Of a stretch of DNA of 64,000 nt, positions 19,092 through 29,019 are shown one piece after another. A program made the position numbers and the translations under genes. The notes beneath the pieces were generated by a model, which worked only from the letters and a program-made list of their open reading frames with translations, was not told the DNA's origin and did not search any database. The DNA comes from an uncultured Bdellovibrionales bacterium. Its GTDB lineage: Bacteria > Myxococcota > XYA12-FULL-58-9 > JALHOP01. Numbering within the stretch: position 1 is the stretch's first letter; every line of letters starts with the position of its first letter. The stretch is from assembly GCA_964484195.1 (NCBI GenBank), contig CAZAER010000001.1, positions 639,754 to 703,753 on the forward strand, read 5' to 3'.

Positions 19092-21299
19092 ATGACACGC
19101 AAAATGATCATCAATGCGCTCGACCCCGAAGAGGTCCGCATTGCCATCGTCAACGAAAAAGGCCTGCTCGAAGACTTCGACATCGAAACGCGCGGTGTCG
19201 AGAAGAACAAGGGCAACATCTACAAAGCCGTCGTCATGGCGGTCGAGCCCGCGCTCAACGCCGCCTTCATCGACTACGGCGCCGACAAGCAAGGCTTCCT
19301 GACCGCGAACGACGTCGACCCGAAGCTGTCGAACAAGCACGACCTCGACAAGCACTACCGCATCGACGAGCTGCTCAAGCGCAACCAAGAGATCTTGGTG
19401 CAGGTCGAGAAGGACGAAGTCGGCCAGAAAGGCGCCGTCCTCACCACGTACCTGTCGCTCGCCGGCCGCTACACCGTGATCATGCCGGGCAGCTCGCGCT
19501 CGGGCGTGTCGCGCAAGATCGAAGACGACGAGGCGCGCCGCCGCATGCGCGATGCCGCTGCGAAGCTCAACGTGCCCGACGACATGGGCGTGATCATCCG
19601 CACCGCCGGACGTGATCGCACCAAGCTCGAGCTCAATCGCGACCTCAAGGTGCTCGCGCGCACCTGGGACAACATCAAGAAGGAAGCGAAGGCCGCCAAG
19701 GCCCCTGCCCTGATCCTGAAGGAGCAGGACGCGATCATCCGCGCCCTCCGCGACTACTGGTCGAACGACATCAGCGAGATCATCGTCGACGCCGACGAGG
19801 CCTACGATCAGGCCGTCGAATACGTGCGCATGGTCATGCCGAAGCAGCGCAGCGTGTTGTCGCGCTACGTCGAGCGCCGGCCGATCTTCCACCATTACCG
19901 CATCGAGCCGCAGCTCGACGAGATCTACGCCCGCAAGGTCGAGCTCGATAACGGCGGCTCCATCGTCATCGAGCCCTGCGAAGCGCTCGTCGCCATCGAC
20001 GTCAACAGCGGCAAGCAGAAGTCGAAGGATCAGGAAGCGACCGCGCTGCAAACCAACATGTCCGCCGCGAAAGAAGTCGCGCGTCAGCTGCGTTTGCGCG
20101 ACCTCGGCGGCATCATCGTCGTCGACTTCATCGACATGTTCGTGCGCAAGCACCAGCTGCAGGTCGAGCGCGCCATCAAGGAAGCGCTCAAGCTCGACAA
20201 GGCGCGCGTCAAAGTCGGCCGTATCTCGCCGAACGGCACGCTCGAGCTCACCCGCCAGCGCATCCGCTCGGCGCTCGGTGCCTCGGTCTTCCGCACCTGC
20301 GTCACCTGCGGCGGCACCGGCCACGTCTTGAACGCGCAGTCGCACGCCGTCGCGGTGCTGCGTAAGCTCCGCGATCGCGCATCGCGCGGCGACCTCGCTT
20401 CGGCGAAGGTCTTGCTCGACGGTGAGGCAGCCAACGTTCTTCGCACCGAGAAGTGGTCGGCCGTGCAGGAGATCGAGCAGCGTTACGAGATCCGCGTCGA
20501 CATCGTGCCCGACAAGGCGCACATGCCGGGTCACGCCGATTACACCTTCGAAACCAATCCGAACGCCGAGGTCCTGCCCGAGGTGGAGCCCGACTTCGGT
20601 CCGCCAGAGCTGCCGGAAGGCTACGAGCTCACGCCCGACGACGAAGACGAGATCATCGATCCGTCCGACCTCGAGCTGGTCCTGCCGAGCGAAGAGACCG
20701 AGCGCCAGGAGTCGTTGGCCGAGCAGCGCCGCGAAGCCAAGGAGCGCAAGCGCCGCCGACGTGGTGGCGAAGGCCGTGGCGAACGCGAGCGCGGCGACCG
20801 CAGCGAACGTGGCGAGCGTGGTGAACGCGCCGCCAAGAGCGGTGACGGCGAAGAGATGGCGACGGCCCGTGATTGGGACATGCCCTCCTTCGAGCTCCTC
20901 GATCCCGAGCAGTTCCAGAAGCGCGAGCGCGGCGGCAAGGGCCGTGGCGAGCGTGGAGAGCGCGCGGAACGTGGAGAGCGCGGCGGTCGTGGCGAACGCG
21001 GTGGCCGCAGAGGTCGTGGCGGCCGCGACAGCAACGTCGTCTCGGCCCACGAGATCCTCGCCAGCATGGCGAGCGACGCCGCGGCATCGAGCGCTGCCCC
21101 GAGCAACGCCAGCGCCCCAGCGCACGAGCCCCGTCAGCCCCGCAGCGAGCCCGCCGCCCCCCGCGCCGCTCAAGCGGACAGCGGCGGCGCCGAGCCAACG
21201 GAGGATGACGAATCCCCGTCACGCAAGAAGCGCTCGTTCCTGTCGCGTCTGTTCGGCAGCAAAAAGGGCGACGGCGCCGACCAGCCCGACGGCCAGTAA
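19092..21299 (+). CDS. rne: ribonuclease E/G
   Basis: N-terminal S1 and catalytic domain (MTRKMIINALDPEEVRIAIV...). C-terminal Arg/Glu-rich ERGERG repeat tail typical of RNase E. Confidence 0.85.
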   Translation: MTRKMIINALDPEEVRIAIVNEKGLLEDFDIETRGVEKNKGNIYKAVVMAVEPALNAAFIDYGADKQGFLTANDVDPKLSNKHDLDKHYRIDELLKRNQEILVQVEKDEVGQKGAVLTTYLSLAGRYTVIMPGSSRSGVSRKIEDDEARRRMRDAAAKLNVPDDMGVIIRTAGRDRTKLELNRDLKVLARTWDNIKKEAKAAKAPALILKEQDAIIRALRDYWSNDISEIIVDADEAYDQAVEYVRMVMPKQRSVLSRYVERRPIFHHYRIEPQLDEIYARKVELDNGGSIVIEPCEALVAIDVNSGKQKSKDQEATALQTNMSAAKEVARQLRLRDLGGIIVVDFIDMFVRKHQLQVERAIKEALKLDKARVKVGRISPNGTLELTRQRIRSALGASVFRTCVTCGGTGHVLNAQSHAVAVLRKLRDRASRGDLASAKVLLDGEAANVLRTEKWSAVQEIEQRYEIRVDIVPDKAHMPGHADYTFETNPNAEVLPEVEPDFGPPELPEGYELTPDDEDEIIDPSDLELVLPSEETERQESLAEQRREAKERKRRRRGGEGRGERERGDRSERGERGERAAKSGDGEEMATARDWDMPSFELLDPEQFQKRERGGKGRGERGERAERGERGGRGERGGRRGRGGRDSNVVSAHEILASMASDAAASSAAPSNASAPAHEPRQPRSEPAAPRAAQADSGGAEPTEDDESPSRKKRSFLSRLFGSKKGDGADQPDGQ

Positions 21300-21305
21300 C
21301 TCAAG

Positions 21306-21346
21306 CAGTGACAGTTACCGTTTTTCTCGAAAGGTAACTGTCACTC
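21306..21346. terminator. perfect 13-bp inverted repeat hairpin (AGTGACAGTTACC / GGTAACTGTCACT) between the convergent genes rne and der
   Basis: Stem arms at 21306-21318 and 21332-21344 with a T-rich loop gtttttctcgaaa. Confidence 0.5.
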
Positions 21347-21349
21347 GAT

Positions 21350-22771
21350 TTATGGACGCTCTTTGCGGCTCCGGCGGAACTTCAGCCACACTGGAGTTCC
21401 GTGGAAGCCATAGCGCTCGCGTAGCTGGTTTTGCAGGAAGCGCTGGTACGAGAAGTGGATGTCGTCGGGCTTCGACGCCGTGAAGATGAAGGTCGGCGGG
21501 CGCACCAGGGGCTGTGACGCGAAGTAGATGCGCGCCTTGCGGCTGTTCTGCACCGGCGGCGGGTTGCGCTCGACGACGTCGTTCATGAAGCGATTGAGCT
21601 CGCCGGTCGTCACGCGCCGGTGGCGCTCGCGCTGCGCCTCGAGGACGGCGGGGAAAATCGTCTCGGTCTTCCAGCCGGTTTTCGCGGACACCTTGAGGAT
21701 GCTCGCGTAGGTCGCGAACTTCATCTCGTGGATGACCGCGGCGTCGAAATCCTTCTTGAAGGCATCTTCTTTGGGCAGGTCCCACTTGTTGGCGACGATC
21801 ACCAACCCCTTGCCGCGCTCGTGCGCGAGCGTGGCGATCCGCGCGTCTTGCTCGCTGGGCGGCAGACTGCTGTCGAGCAAGAGCAATGCAATGTCGGCGC
21901 TGTCGAGCGAGCGCACCGCGGCGGACACTGACCACTTCTCGAGCTTGTCGTCGACCGACCGCTTGCGCCGCATGCCCGCGGTGTCCACGAAGACGTACTG
22001 GGTTCCCTCGTGCTCGATTGCCACATCGATGGCATCGCGCGTGGTGCCGGGAACGTCGGTCGCGAGCAGGCGCTCTTCGCCGAGCAAGCGATTCACCAGC
22101 GAGCTCTTGCCGGCGTTCGGCCGGCCAATGACCGCGACGCGGATCGGGCCGCCCTTCCACTCGATGCGTGACGGCTCGGGGGTATCGTCTTCACCCTCGT
22201 CGGGGGTCACCTCGATGGGCGCCTGGTCGACGGTGACGGATTCTTCCAGGGGCGCGTCCATGGCGCCGAAAACCGCCTCGAGGAGCGGTTCCGTGCCGCG
22301 GTCGTGCTCAGCGCTCACGGGAAAGATGCTGTCGACACCGAGCTCGGCGAAGTCGGCAACGCGCGGCCGGTGATCATTCACGTCGATCTTGTTGGCGACG
22401 ACGTACTTGAGCTTGCCGGCCTTGCGAACCACATCGGCGACTTCGCGATCCGCGGCCGTGAGCCCGACCTGCGCATCGAGCACTACGAGAACGACATCGG
22501 CCTCTTCGATGGTTGCACGCGTCTGACCACGAACCCCCATCATCACGGTGTCGGTCGCCTGGGCATCGAGGCCGCCGGTGTCGGCGATGCGGGCGATCTT
22601 TCCGTCAAAGCGGACTTCACCGAAGAGCCGGTCGCGCGTGACGCCCGGCTGGTCGTCGACGAGCGCGATGCGCTTACGCACGAGGCGATTGAACAGCGTC
22701 GACTTGCCGACATTGGGACGGCCGACCAGCGCGATGAGCGGTAGCTGCCTTCGTACAGAGATGTCGCTCAT
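21350..22771 (-). CDS. der: ribosome-biogenesis GTPase Der (EngA)
   Basis: Two tandem GTPase domains (GRPNVGKST twice) plus a C-terminal KH-like domain. Confidence 0.9.
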   Translation of the reverse strand: MSDISVRRQLPLIALVGRPNVGKSTLFNRLVRKRIALVDDQPGVTRDRLFGEVRFDGKIARIADTGGLDAQATDTVMMGVRGQTRATIEEADVVLVVLDAQVGLTAADREVADVVRKAGKLKYVVANKIDVNDHRPRVADFAELGVDSIFPVSAEHDRGTEPLLEAVFGAMDAPLEESVTVDQAPIEVTPDEGEDDTPEPSRIEWKGGPIRVAVIGRPNAGKSSLVNRLLGEERLLATDVPGTTRDAIDVAIEHEGTQYVFVDTAGMRRKRSVDDKLEKWSVSAAVRSLDSADIALLLLDSSLPPSEQDARIATLAHERGKGLVIVANKWDLPKEDAFKKDFDAAVIHEMKFATYASILKVSAKTGWKTETIFPAVLEAQRERHRRVTTGELNRFMNDVVERNPPPVQNSRKARIYFASQPLVRPPTFIFTASKPDDIHFSYQRFLQNQLRERYGFHGTPVWLKFRRSRKERP

Positions 22772-23745
22772 AGGCCCTGGTCACTCATGCGGCGTTGGAC
22801 GCCTTTGGGGTTTGCGGTCCAGTCGGGGTCGACGTGCACCGTCAGTCGTAGGAAGACCTTGCAGCCGAGCATCTCTTCGATCGATTTGCGCGCGGCCGTC
22901 GACACCTCTTTGATCTGGTGCCCGCCTTTGCCAACGACGATGGCCTTCTGCGACTCACGCTCGACGTAGATGCGCCCCTCGAGGCGGCACATGCCCTTGC
23001 CCTTGGAATCGCGCTCGTCTTCGAACTGCTCGATGACCACCGCGGCGCTGTGCGGCACTTCGTTGCGCGTGCGCAACAGGAGCTGCTCGCGGACCAGCTC
23101 GGCGGCGAGCACGCGCTCGGCCTGGTCGGTCACTTCGTCCGGCGGGAAAAGCTGTGGGCTCTCCGGCAGCAGCTTCACCAGCTCCTTCACGAGGACGTCG
23201 AGACCGTCTCCCGTGCGCGCACTGATGGGGATCAACGGCACGTCGCCGATCTCCTGCCCGAGCGCCGCGAGCCACGGAAGCAGCGCGTCCTTGCGCTTCA
23301 CCTGGTCGACCTTGTTGATGGCGACGACGATGCTACCGCGCGACTTGCGCGCTTCCTTGAGCACGTCTTTGTCGGCGTCGGTGATCTGCGGCGTGTCGCC
23401 ACGCGTCTCGACGATGACCAAGGCGATATCCGAGTCGGCTGCGGCATCACCGGCGACCCGCTGCATCGCGGTCTTCAACGCGCCCTGCCCGCCGCCCAGA
23501 CCAGGGGTGTCGACGAGCACGATTTGCGCCTCCGGCATGGTGAGAATGCCCTGGATGCGCGTACGCGTGGTCTGCGGCTTCGGGGTGACGATGCTGATCT
23601 TCTGGCCGAGCAGACGATTGGTGAGCGTCGACTTGCCGACGTTCGGGCGGCCGATGAGCGCGACGAAACCGGCTCGATGACCCTTCTTCACGCGCTTGCT
23701 CACGACCCAGCTCCCTTGAGCGCCGCCAGCGCCTCTTCGGCGCAA
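22768..23745 (-). CDS. era: GTPase Era
   Basis: GRPNVGKSTLTN G1 motif and C-terminal KH domain. The true start may be later (GTG), since the annotated ORF start overlaps rnc by about 46 nt. Confidence 0.85.
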   Translation of the reverse strand: MRRRGAGGAQGSWVVSKRVKKGHRAGFVALIGRPNVGKSTLTNRLLGQKISIVTPKPQTTRTRIQGILTMPEAQIVLVDTPGLGGGQGALKTAMQRVAGDAAADSDIALVIVETRGDTPQITDADKDVLKEARKSRGSIVVAINKVDQVKRKDALLPWLAALGQEIGDVPLIPISARTGDGLDVLVKELVKLLPESPQLFPPDEVTDQAERVLAAELVREQLLLRTRNEVPHSAAVVIEQFEDERDSKGKGMCRLEGRIYVERESQKAIVVGKGGHQIKEVSTAARKSIEEMLGCKVFLRLTVHVDPDWTANPKGVQRRMSDQGL

Positions 23746-24371
23746 GACTGCTCGGCGACCTTCTTACTCGAAGCGCGCCCACTACCATAACAAGCGCCAT
23801 CGATGAGCACGCGACAGCTGTACTCGCGCGCATGATCGGGCCCAGTCACCTGCACGACCTCGTAGACCGGCGCGGGCTTGCCGAGCTTGTGGCACTCCTC
23901 CTGGAGCTGGGTCTTGAAGTCGACGGGCCCCACCTCGGCCTCGATGGCATCCGTGAGCAAGCGGCTGAAGGCCTTCTCGACGGCTTCGTAGCCGCCATCC
24001 AAGTACACGGCGGCGGCGAGCGCTTCGAACGCATCGGCGAGCACGCGTGTGGTCACGCCACCGGTGGCTCGCTGCCCCTGACCGAGTCGGAGGCTGCCGG
24101 GCAGCTCGAGCCCCTTCGCCATGTCGGCCAACGCTTCGCGGCGGACGACTTGGGCACGGCGACGGGTCAGCTCGCCTTCGGACTCGTTCGGTAAGCGGAA
24201 GAACAAGAGACGGCCGGCGAGCAGGTTGATGACCGCATCACCGAGGAACTCGAGACGCTCGTTGGGCGGGCCTTCGTTGGGATGCTCGTTGGCGTACGTC
24301 GAGTGCGTCAACGCCTGATTGAGCAAGGCGCGGTCACGAAAGGTGTAGCCGAGCAACGTCTCGAGACTCAC
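23700..24371 (-). CDS. rnc: ribonuclease III
   Basis: RNase III signature ERLEFLGDAV and a C-terminal dsRBD. Confidence 0.9.
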   Translation of the reverse strand: MSLETLLGYTFRDRALLNQALTHSTYANEHPNEGPPNERLEFLGDAVINLLAGRLLFFRLPNESEGELTRRRAQVVRREALADMAKGLELPGSLRLGQGQRATGGVTTRVLADAFEALAAAVYLDGGYEAVEKAFSRLLTDAIEAEVGPVDFKTQLQEECHKLGKPAPVYEVVQVTGPDHAREYSCRVLIDGACYGSGRASSKKVAEQSCAEEALAALKGAGS

Positions 24372-25438
24372 GGGGCAGCCCGCATCCTGTCTGCTTCAGC
24401 GGACGCGATGCTGCCGCCGCCCAGGACCGCGGCATCGCGATAAACGACGGCGGCCTGCCCAGGCGCACCACGCGGCTGCTTCTCGACGAACCACAAGCGG
24501 GCGCGGTCGGCATCGAGGAGCTCGACACGGCACGCCTTCGGGGCCTCACGATAGCGCTGCTGCACGAGGACGACCTCGTCGCTTGCAGGCGGCTCTTGGG
24601 TCCAGCGCATGCCGTCGACGATGACCGATTCGGTCTCGAGCTCGTGGCGAGGTCCGACACGCACGGTCCCGGAGGCGGAATCGATGTCGGTAACGTACAG
24701 CGGCTCGCTGGCGGCGATGCGCAAGCCTCGACGCTGGCCGTAGGTGAAGTGATGCACGCCCTGGTGCTCGCCGAGCGACTTGCCGCTGCCATCGACGATG
24801 CGTCCGGCGGCGCCGCCCTTGCCGGCAATCGTCTCGACGGTGGCTGCGTAGCCACCCTCGCCGACGAAGCAGATCTCCTGGCTCTCGCGCTTCTCCGCGA
24901 CCGGTAGGCCAAGACGCGTCGCGTGCGCGCGAACCTCGTCCTTGTGCATGCCGCCGACCGGGAACATGAGCTGACCGATCTGCTCGCGGTCCAGACGATA
25001 GAGAAAATACGACTGGTCCTTTTTGGGATCGACGCCGCGCAGCAGCTGCCCGTCTTCGACGCGCGCGTAGTGACCGGTGGCGAGCTTCTCGGCTCCGAGA
25101 AGCTTCGCGCGCGCCAGCAGCGGCCGAAACTTCACCTTGTCGTTGCACTCGATGCAGGGATTCGGAGTGCGCCCGCGCGTGTACGCCTCGGCGAAGGGGC
25201 CGATGACCACTTCGCGAAAAAGCTCGGCGTAATTCAAAACGTAGAAGGGAATGCCGAGATGATCTGCAACCGTGCGAGCGTCGCGCATGTCGTCGGGTGT
25301 GCAGCAGGCGCGGTTGTGCTTGGGCGCCTCGGCGTGCGTCTTCATCGCGAGGCCAATGACCTCGTGCCCTGCCTCGACCAAGAGGCCAGCGACGGTCGAC
25401 GAATCGACTCCGCCGCTCATGGCAACGACGATACGCAT
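24368..25438 (-). CDS. mnmA: tRNA-specific 2-thiouridylase MnmA
   Basis: PP-loop SGGVDSS and a conserved Cys-rich core (CC...C). Confidence 0.9.
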   Translation of the reverse strand: MRIVVAMSGGVDSSTVAGLLVEAGHEVIGLAMKTHAEAPKHNRACCTPDDMRDARTVADHLGIPFYVLNYAELFREVVIGPFAEAYTRGRTPNPCIECNDKVKFRPLLARAKLLGAEKLATGHYARVEDGQLLRGVDPKKDQSYFLYRLDREQIGQLMFPVGGMHKDEVRAHATRLGLPVAEKRESQEICFVGEGGYAATVETIAGKGGAAGRIVDGSGKSLGEHQGVHHFTYGQRRGLRIAASEPLYVTDIDSASGTVRVGPRHELETESVIVDGMRWTQEPPASDEVVLVQQRYREAPKACRVELLDADRARLWFVEKQPRGAPGQAAVVYRDAAVLGGGSIASAEADRMRAAP

Positions 25439-25455
25439 GGGGTATCCTTACCGAC

Positions 25456-26472
25456 TCAGGCGGCTTTCTGAAGATCTGGCGCGCAGCTGGCAAGTGCGAT
25501 CGTGGCCTGCGCCAGGTCTTCCGTGGTCGTCGTCCAGCCAGAGGACGCCCGGACCCCGCGCGGCACCCGCCCCAGAGTCACCCCGCGCTCGGCCGCTAGG
25601 CGGATCAACAGGTCAGCGCGCGCCGGCTCCAAAGCCGCGCACGAGACCCCAGGTCGTCGAGGGCCGCCGAGGACCGGCACATCGAGAGCCGCCCACAACA
25701 TGTCGAGCGCCTTGGCGTCGACCGCGCGAACCGTCGCTGCAGCAGTCGCCGCGGCGGCTGCCGCGAAACCCGCGATGAGCGCGACTGCCTGCGACCCGCT
25801 GCGCAGCCCGCCTTCCTGGCCACCGCCCTCCCAAAGAGGCGTGAGCGCCGCTCCCTTCAAGGTCACGAGCGCTCCGGCCCCTTGAGGCCCGCCAATCGTC
25901 TCGGATGCCAAGGAGAGCGTCGTCGCACCCGTGGCCAAGAAGTCGACGTTCATGGTCGCTGCGGCTCGCGTCGCGTCGCAGTGCAAAGGGATGGCGAGCC
26001 GCTCGGCGGTGCTCGCGAGATGCGCGCTGGCGTTGAGCCTGCCGCTGCTGAATTGATCGAGAGCCAGGATTATGAGCGCGATGTCGTCGCCGAGACGCGA
26101 GTCGGCGAGCGGCTCGATCGCAAAGCCTTCCTGTGCGAGCTGCGCCGCAGCGGCCATGACTTCGCTGCTCTCATCGGGTCCGACGAAGATGCGCCGCCTG
26201 CCCTCACGAGTGCGCTGCGCCCGCGCGATGCCAAGCACACCGAGCTCGTTCGCTTCGCCGCCGCTGCCGGTGAAGACCACGGTCGACTCGCCGGCGCGTA
26301 GAAAACCGCGGACGCTTTGCGCTGCCTCGTCGATGAGTTGGCGTGCAGCGCGCCCGACCGCGTGCAAGCTCGACGGGTTTCCGCCCAACGAAGCGGCGTG
26401 ACGGATCGCTTCGGCTGCTTCCGGCCGAAGCTGCGTCGCCGTCGCATGGTCGAGGTAAATGCTTGTCGTCAC
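25456..26472 (-). CDS. cysteine desulfurase (class V aminotransferase, NifS/IscS-like)
   Basis: N-terminus IYLDHATATQL... Probable GTG start at 26472. The track ORF extends 22 codons further upstream. Confidence 0.7.
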   Translation of the reverse strand: MTTSIYLDHATATQLRPEAAEAIRHAASLGGNPSSLHAVGRAARQLIDEAAQSVRGFLRAGESTVVFTGSGGEANELGVLGIARAQRTREGRRRIFVGPDESSEVMAAAAQLAQEGFAIEPLADSRLGDDIALIILALDQFSSGRLNASAHLASTAERLAIPLHCDATRAAATMNVDFLATGATTLSLASETIGGPQGAGALVTLKGAALTPLWEGGGQEGGLRSGSQAVALIAGFAAAAAATAAATVRAVDAKALDMLWAALDVPVLGGPRRPGVSCAALEPARADLLIRLAAERGVTLGRVPRGVRASSGWTTTTEDLAQATIALASCAPDLQKAA

Positions 26473-26481
26473 GGCAGATCC

Positions 26482-26512
26482 GTATCCACAGTTATTCACA
26501 GGGTTTCCACAA
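26482..26512 (+). promoter_or_regulatory. three DnaA-box-like 9-mers phased at about 10-11 bp (GTATCCACA, TTATTCACA, GTTTCCACA), just upstream of the cysteine desulfurase start
   Basis: Each 9-mer is within 1-2 mismatches of TTATCCACA. A fourth copy, TTGTCCACA, lies on the reverse strand at 26712-26720. The region is AT-richer than its surroundings. Confidence 0.35.
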
Positions 26513-26693
26513 CCCAGGAACTGCAAAGCCTCGCGCACCTACAATATGACACCTTTTCGTCGAGGTCTTTTGTGAGCCTCGAAAGTCCTTTTAAGCACCT
26601 GAAAAGGCTGTGCAATCCGCGTTTGTGAAGAGTTGTTAGGATGATCAAGCAGAGACAAAAGTCGCACTGCTGTCACATACGAATTTCGCGGAT

Positions 26694-27926
26694 CTACGTG
26701 TGGCTATCTGCTGTGGACAACCTTTGGGCAGCTTCGAGGAGGGTATCCCGAACGTTGTGTCCAGGGTTTTCGAGCACGACGCCGAGCAATTTCTTGAGCG
26801 TGGCGCCGATGGCTGGTCCCGCAAACCCGAGCGCGGCGAGATCGGTGCCGTTAATCGCGAGATCGGCGACCGCGAGTGGTGATTTCGCAGCAGCGAGGCG
26901 GCGCAACGCTGTTGGGAATCGTTGGTAAGACGGCGCGGCGAGAATCCGCGCTAGCTCACCGGCATCGTTCGCTCCGGGCCATCCATGGTGTGCCACCCAT
27001 CGGCGCAGCTCGGCGCCGCGCGGTGGCGTCGCCTTGTCGAGAGTCATCAGTGCGCCCACTGCTTGCTCGACGCGACGCGCGTCTTGCTTCGACGCACGCC
27101 AGCGTGTCGCGATGGTGCTCGCCAGCACTGCATCGACGCCAGCGAGCCAAGCCCAGCCAGCAAAACGCAGCCAAGCATCGCGTGGTAGATCGAGCAGCCG
27201 ATCGTGGTGGCGGTCGCCGCCGACGAGCTCGGGCGCAAGCACACCGAGCATGCCCGAGCTCTCGAGCAAAGCGATGGGCCGTGCGAGCTGCACCCCCTGC
27301 CCGAGCAGCTTCTCCATCTCGACCCGCTTGCGCTCCCAGGCAACGCGTTCGAAGGTCGCGAGCGCGCTTTGCATGGCCGACGCGGTCTCCACGTCGACGT
27401 CGAAGCCGAGCGTCGCCGCGAACCGTGCGGCGCGCAGCGGGCGCAGACCATCCTCCGCGAAGCGCTCGGCCGCCTTGCCAACGCAACGCACGCGGCCGGC
27501 GCGCAGATCGGAGAGGCCGTCGAAGGGATCGACGATGCGGCGCTGAACGACGTCGTAGGCCATCGCATTGATGGTGAGGTCGCGGCGTGCGAGGTCCGCC
27601 TCGAGCTCGGTGAGGAAGACGACGTGGCTCGGCCGCCGGCCATCGAGATACGGACCCTCGCCGCGGAAGGTCGTCACCTCGACGGGCACGTCACCCGTCA
27701 GGACCATGATGGTGCCGTGCTGCTCACCGGTGCGGGCGACGCGACGAAAGAAGCTCGCGACCTTGTCCGGTGTCGCATCGGTGGCGACGTCCCAATCGGG
27801 AGCGGCGCGGCCGAGAAAAGCATCGCGCACACCACCACCGACCAAGACCGCCCGCGCACCGTTCTGGGCGAGCGTCGCGATCACGTTGCGCACGGCCGCC
27901 GGCATCCAGCGCTCGAGCCGCTGCAT
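26694..27926 (-). CDS. cca: CCA tRNA nucleotidyltransferase / poly(A) polymerase family
   Basis: Pol-beta nucleotidyltransferase motif LVGGGVRD and an HD-like C-terminal region. Start taken at MQRLERWMP. Confidence 0.75.
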   Translation of the reverse strand: MQRLERWMPAAVRNVIATLAQNGARAVLVGGGVRDAFLGRAAPDWDVATDATPDKVASFFRRVARTGEQHGTIMVLTGDVPVEVTTFRGEGPYLDGRRPSHVVFLTELEADLARRDLTINAMAYDVVQRRIVDPFDGLSDLRAGRVRCVGKAAERFAEDGLRPLRAARFAATLGFDVDVETASAMQSALATFERVAWERKRVEMEKLLGQGVQLARPIALLESSGMLGVLAPELVGGDRHHDRLLDLPRDAWLRFAGWAWLAGVDAVLASTIATRWRASKQDARRVEQAVGALMTLDKATPPRGAELRRWVAHHGWPGANDAGELARILAAPSYQRFPTALRRLAAAKSPLAVADLAINGTDLAALGFAGPAIGATLKKLLGVVLENPGHNVRDTLLEAAQRLSTADSHT

Positions 27927-27990
27927 CGCCGTCTTCGGCGTTGCGACACCCGCACCGTCGTCGCCGCGCGTTTGACCGGATCGTGGGGCC

Positions 27991-28548
27991 ATGTTACGCG
28001 CGACCACTATCATGCATCGCAGCCCAAGTGTCCTGCTCCTGCTCGCAGTCAGCGTCGGTGTCTCGATCGCCGCCGACACCGCATCGGCGCGCACCATGGA
28101 GCCCGGCAACATCGTGATCGGTGGCGGCATCGGCCCCTCGTTCAAGACCGGCTCCGAGCTCGGCATGTCGAGCGGCTATCTCATGCTCAACGGCATCGGC
28201 GAGTACGTGATCACTCCCGAGATCTCCGGAGTCGCGAGCGTCGCTGCCGGTCTCGCTGGGACGATTCCCCTGCGGCTCCGCGTTGGCGGACGCTATCGCA
28301 TCGTCGGAGGCCAGCTTCCGATCTCACCCTACGTGCAGCTCGAGGTTTCGGCCGGCCGTCTCTACGACGTCCTCGGCACCAACTTGACGAGCTTCGGTCT
28401 GCGCGCCGGCGGCGGCGCCGATTACTTCCTGAGCGCCAACTGGATGGTCGGCGTCCTCGGCGCGTGGGAGCTCGCGCGCACCACGGGCGAGCGGCCAGCG
28501 AACTACAGCACCATCGACGTGCTGCTAACGTTCGGGCATGTGTTCTAG
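27991..28548 (+). CDS. outer-membrane beta-barrel protein
   Basis: Signal peptide, amphipathic strands, and the C-terminal ...TFGHVF aromatic terminus typical of outer-membrane proteins. Confidence 0.65.
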   Translation: MLRATTIMHRSPSVLLLLAVSVGVSIAADTASARTMEPGNIVIGGGIGPSFKTGSELGMSSGYLMLNGIGEYVITPEISGVASVAAGLAGTIPLRLRVGGRYRIVGGQLPISPYVQLEVSAGRLYDVLGTNLTSFGLRAGGGADYFLSANWMVGVLGAWELARTTGERPANYSTIDVLLTFGHVF

Positions 28549-28844
28549 GCTGGCGGCTTCGGCCCAGCCTTCGAGTTCACGCGCTCGCGCAGCTCTTTGC
28601 CGACCTTGAAGAACGGCAAGCGCTTCTCGACGACCGGGATGGCCGCGCCGGTGCGCGGATTGCGCCCGGTGCGTGCTCGCCGGTGTTTGCTGACGAAGCT
28701 GCCAAAGCCACGGATCTCGATGCGATCGCCGCGTGCCAAGGCCGCCGTCATCTCGTCGAACACCAAATTGACCACATCCTCCGCACGCTTACGTGGGAGG
28801 TTGGTCTTCGTGACGATCTCGTCCACTAACTCCGACTTGTTCAT
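28545..28844 (-). CDS. ihfB: integration host factor beta subunit / HU-family DNA-binding protein
   Basis: MNKSELVDEI...DRIEIRGFGSF...RTGRNPRTG...PFFKVGKELR matches IHF-beta closely. The longer track ORF is an upstream extension. Confidence 0.8.
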   Translation of the reverse strand: MNKSELVDEIVTKTNLPRKRAEDVVNLVFDEMTAALARGDRIEIRGFGSFVSKHRRARTGRNPRTGAAIPVVEKRLPFFKVGKELRERVNSKAGPKPPA

Positions 28845-29019
28845 GACGTGCACACTCCAGAGCCCGTCCCAAACCGCCCGAAGCGGAGCCAACACTCGAG
28901 TATAGCAACAGAATTTCGATCCGGTCAGGGAAATCGTGGACGCTAAGAGCGTGCCAGCCTCGGGCGTGCGTCGCCGCGTATGTTGAGCGAAACTATCGGT
29001 TTTACGAGGGTCTACGCTG

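Noticed and set aside
20690-21180. Possible tandem repeat or minisatellite in the rne 3' region (GAACGTGGAGAGCGCGG-type repeats)
   Set aside because: These are in-frame codon repeats encoding the Arg/Glu-rich RNase E C-terminal tail (ERGERG...), not an independent repeat element.
26482-26512. Interpreting the DnaA-box-like triplet as the chromosomal origin oriC
   Set aside because: No dnaA, dnaN, gidA or parAB nearby. Only three or four imperfect boxes. The region is a promoter leader for a housekeeping operon.
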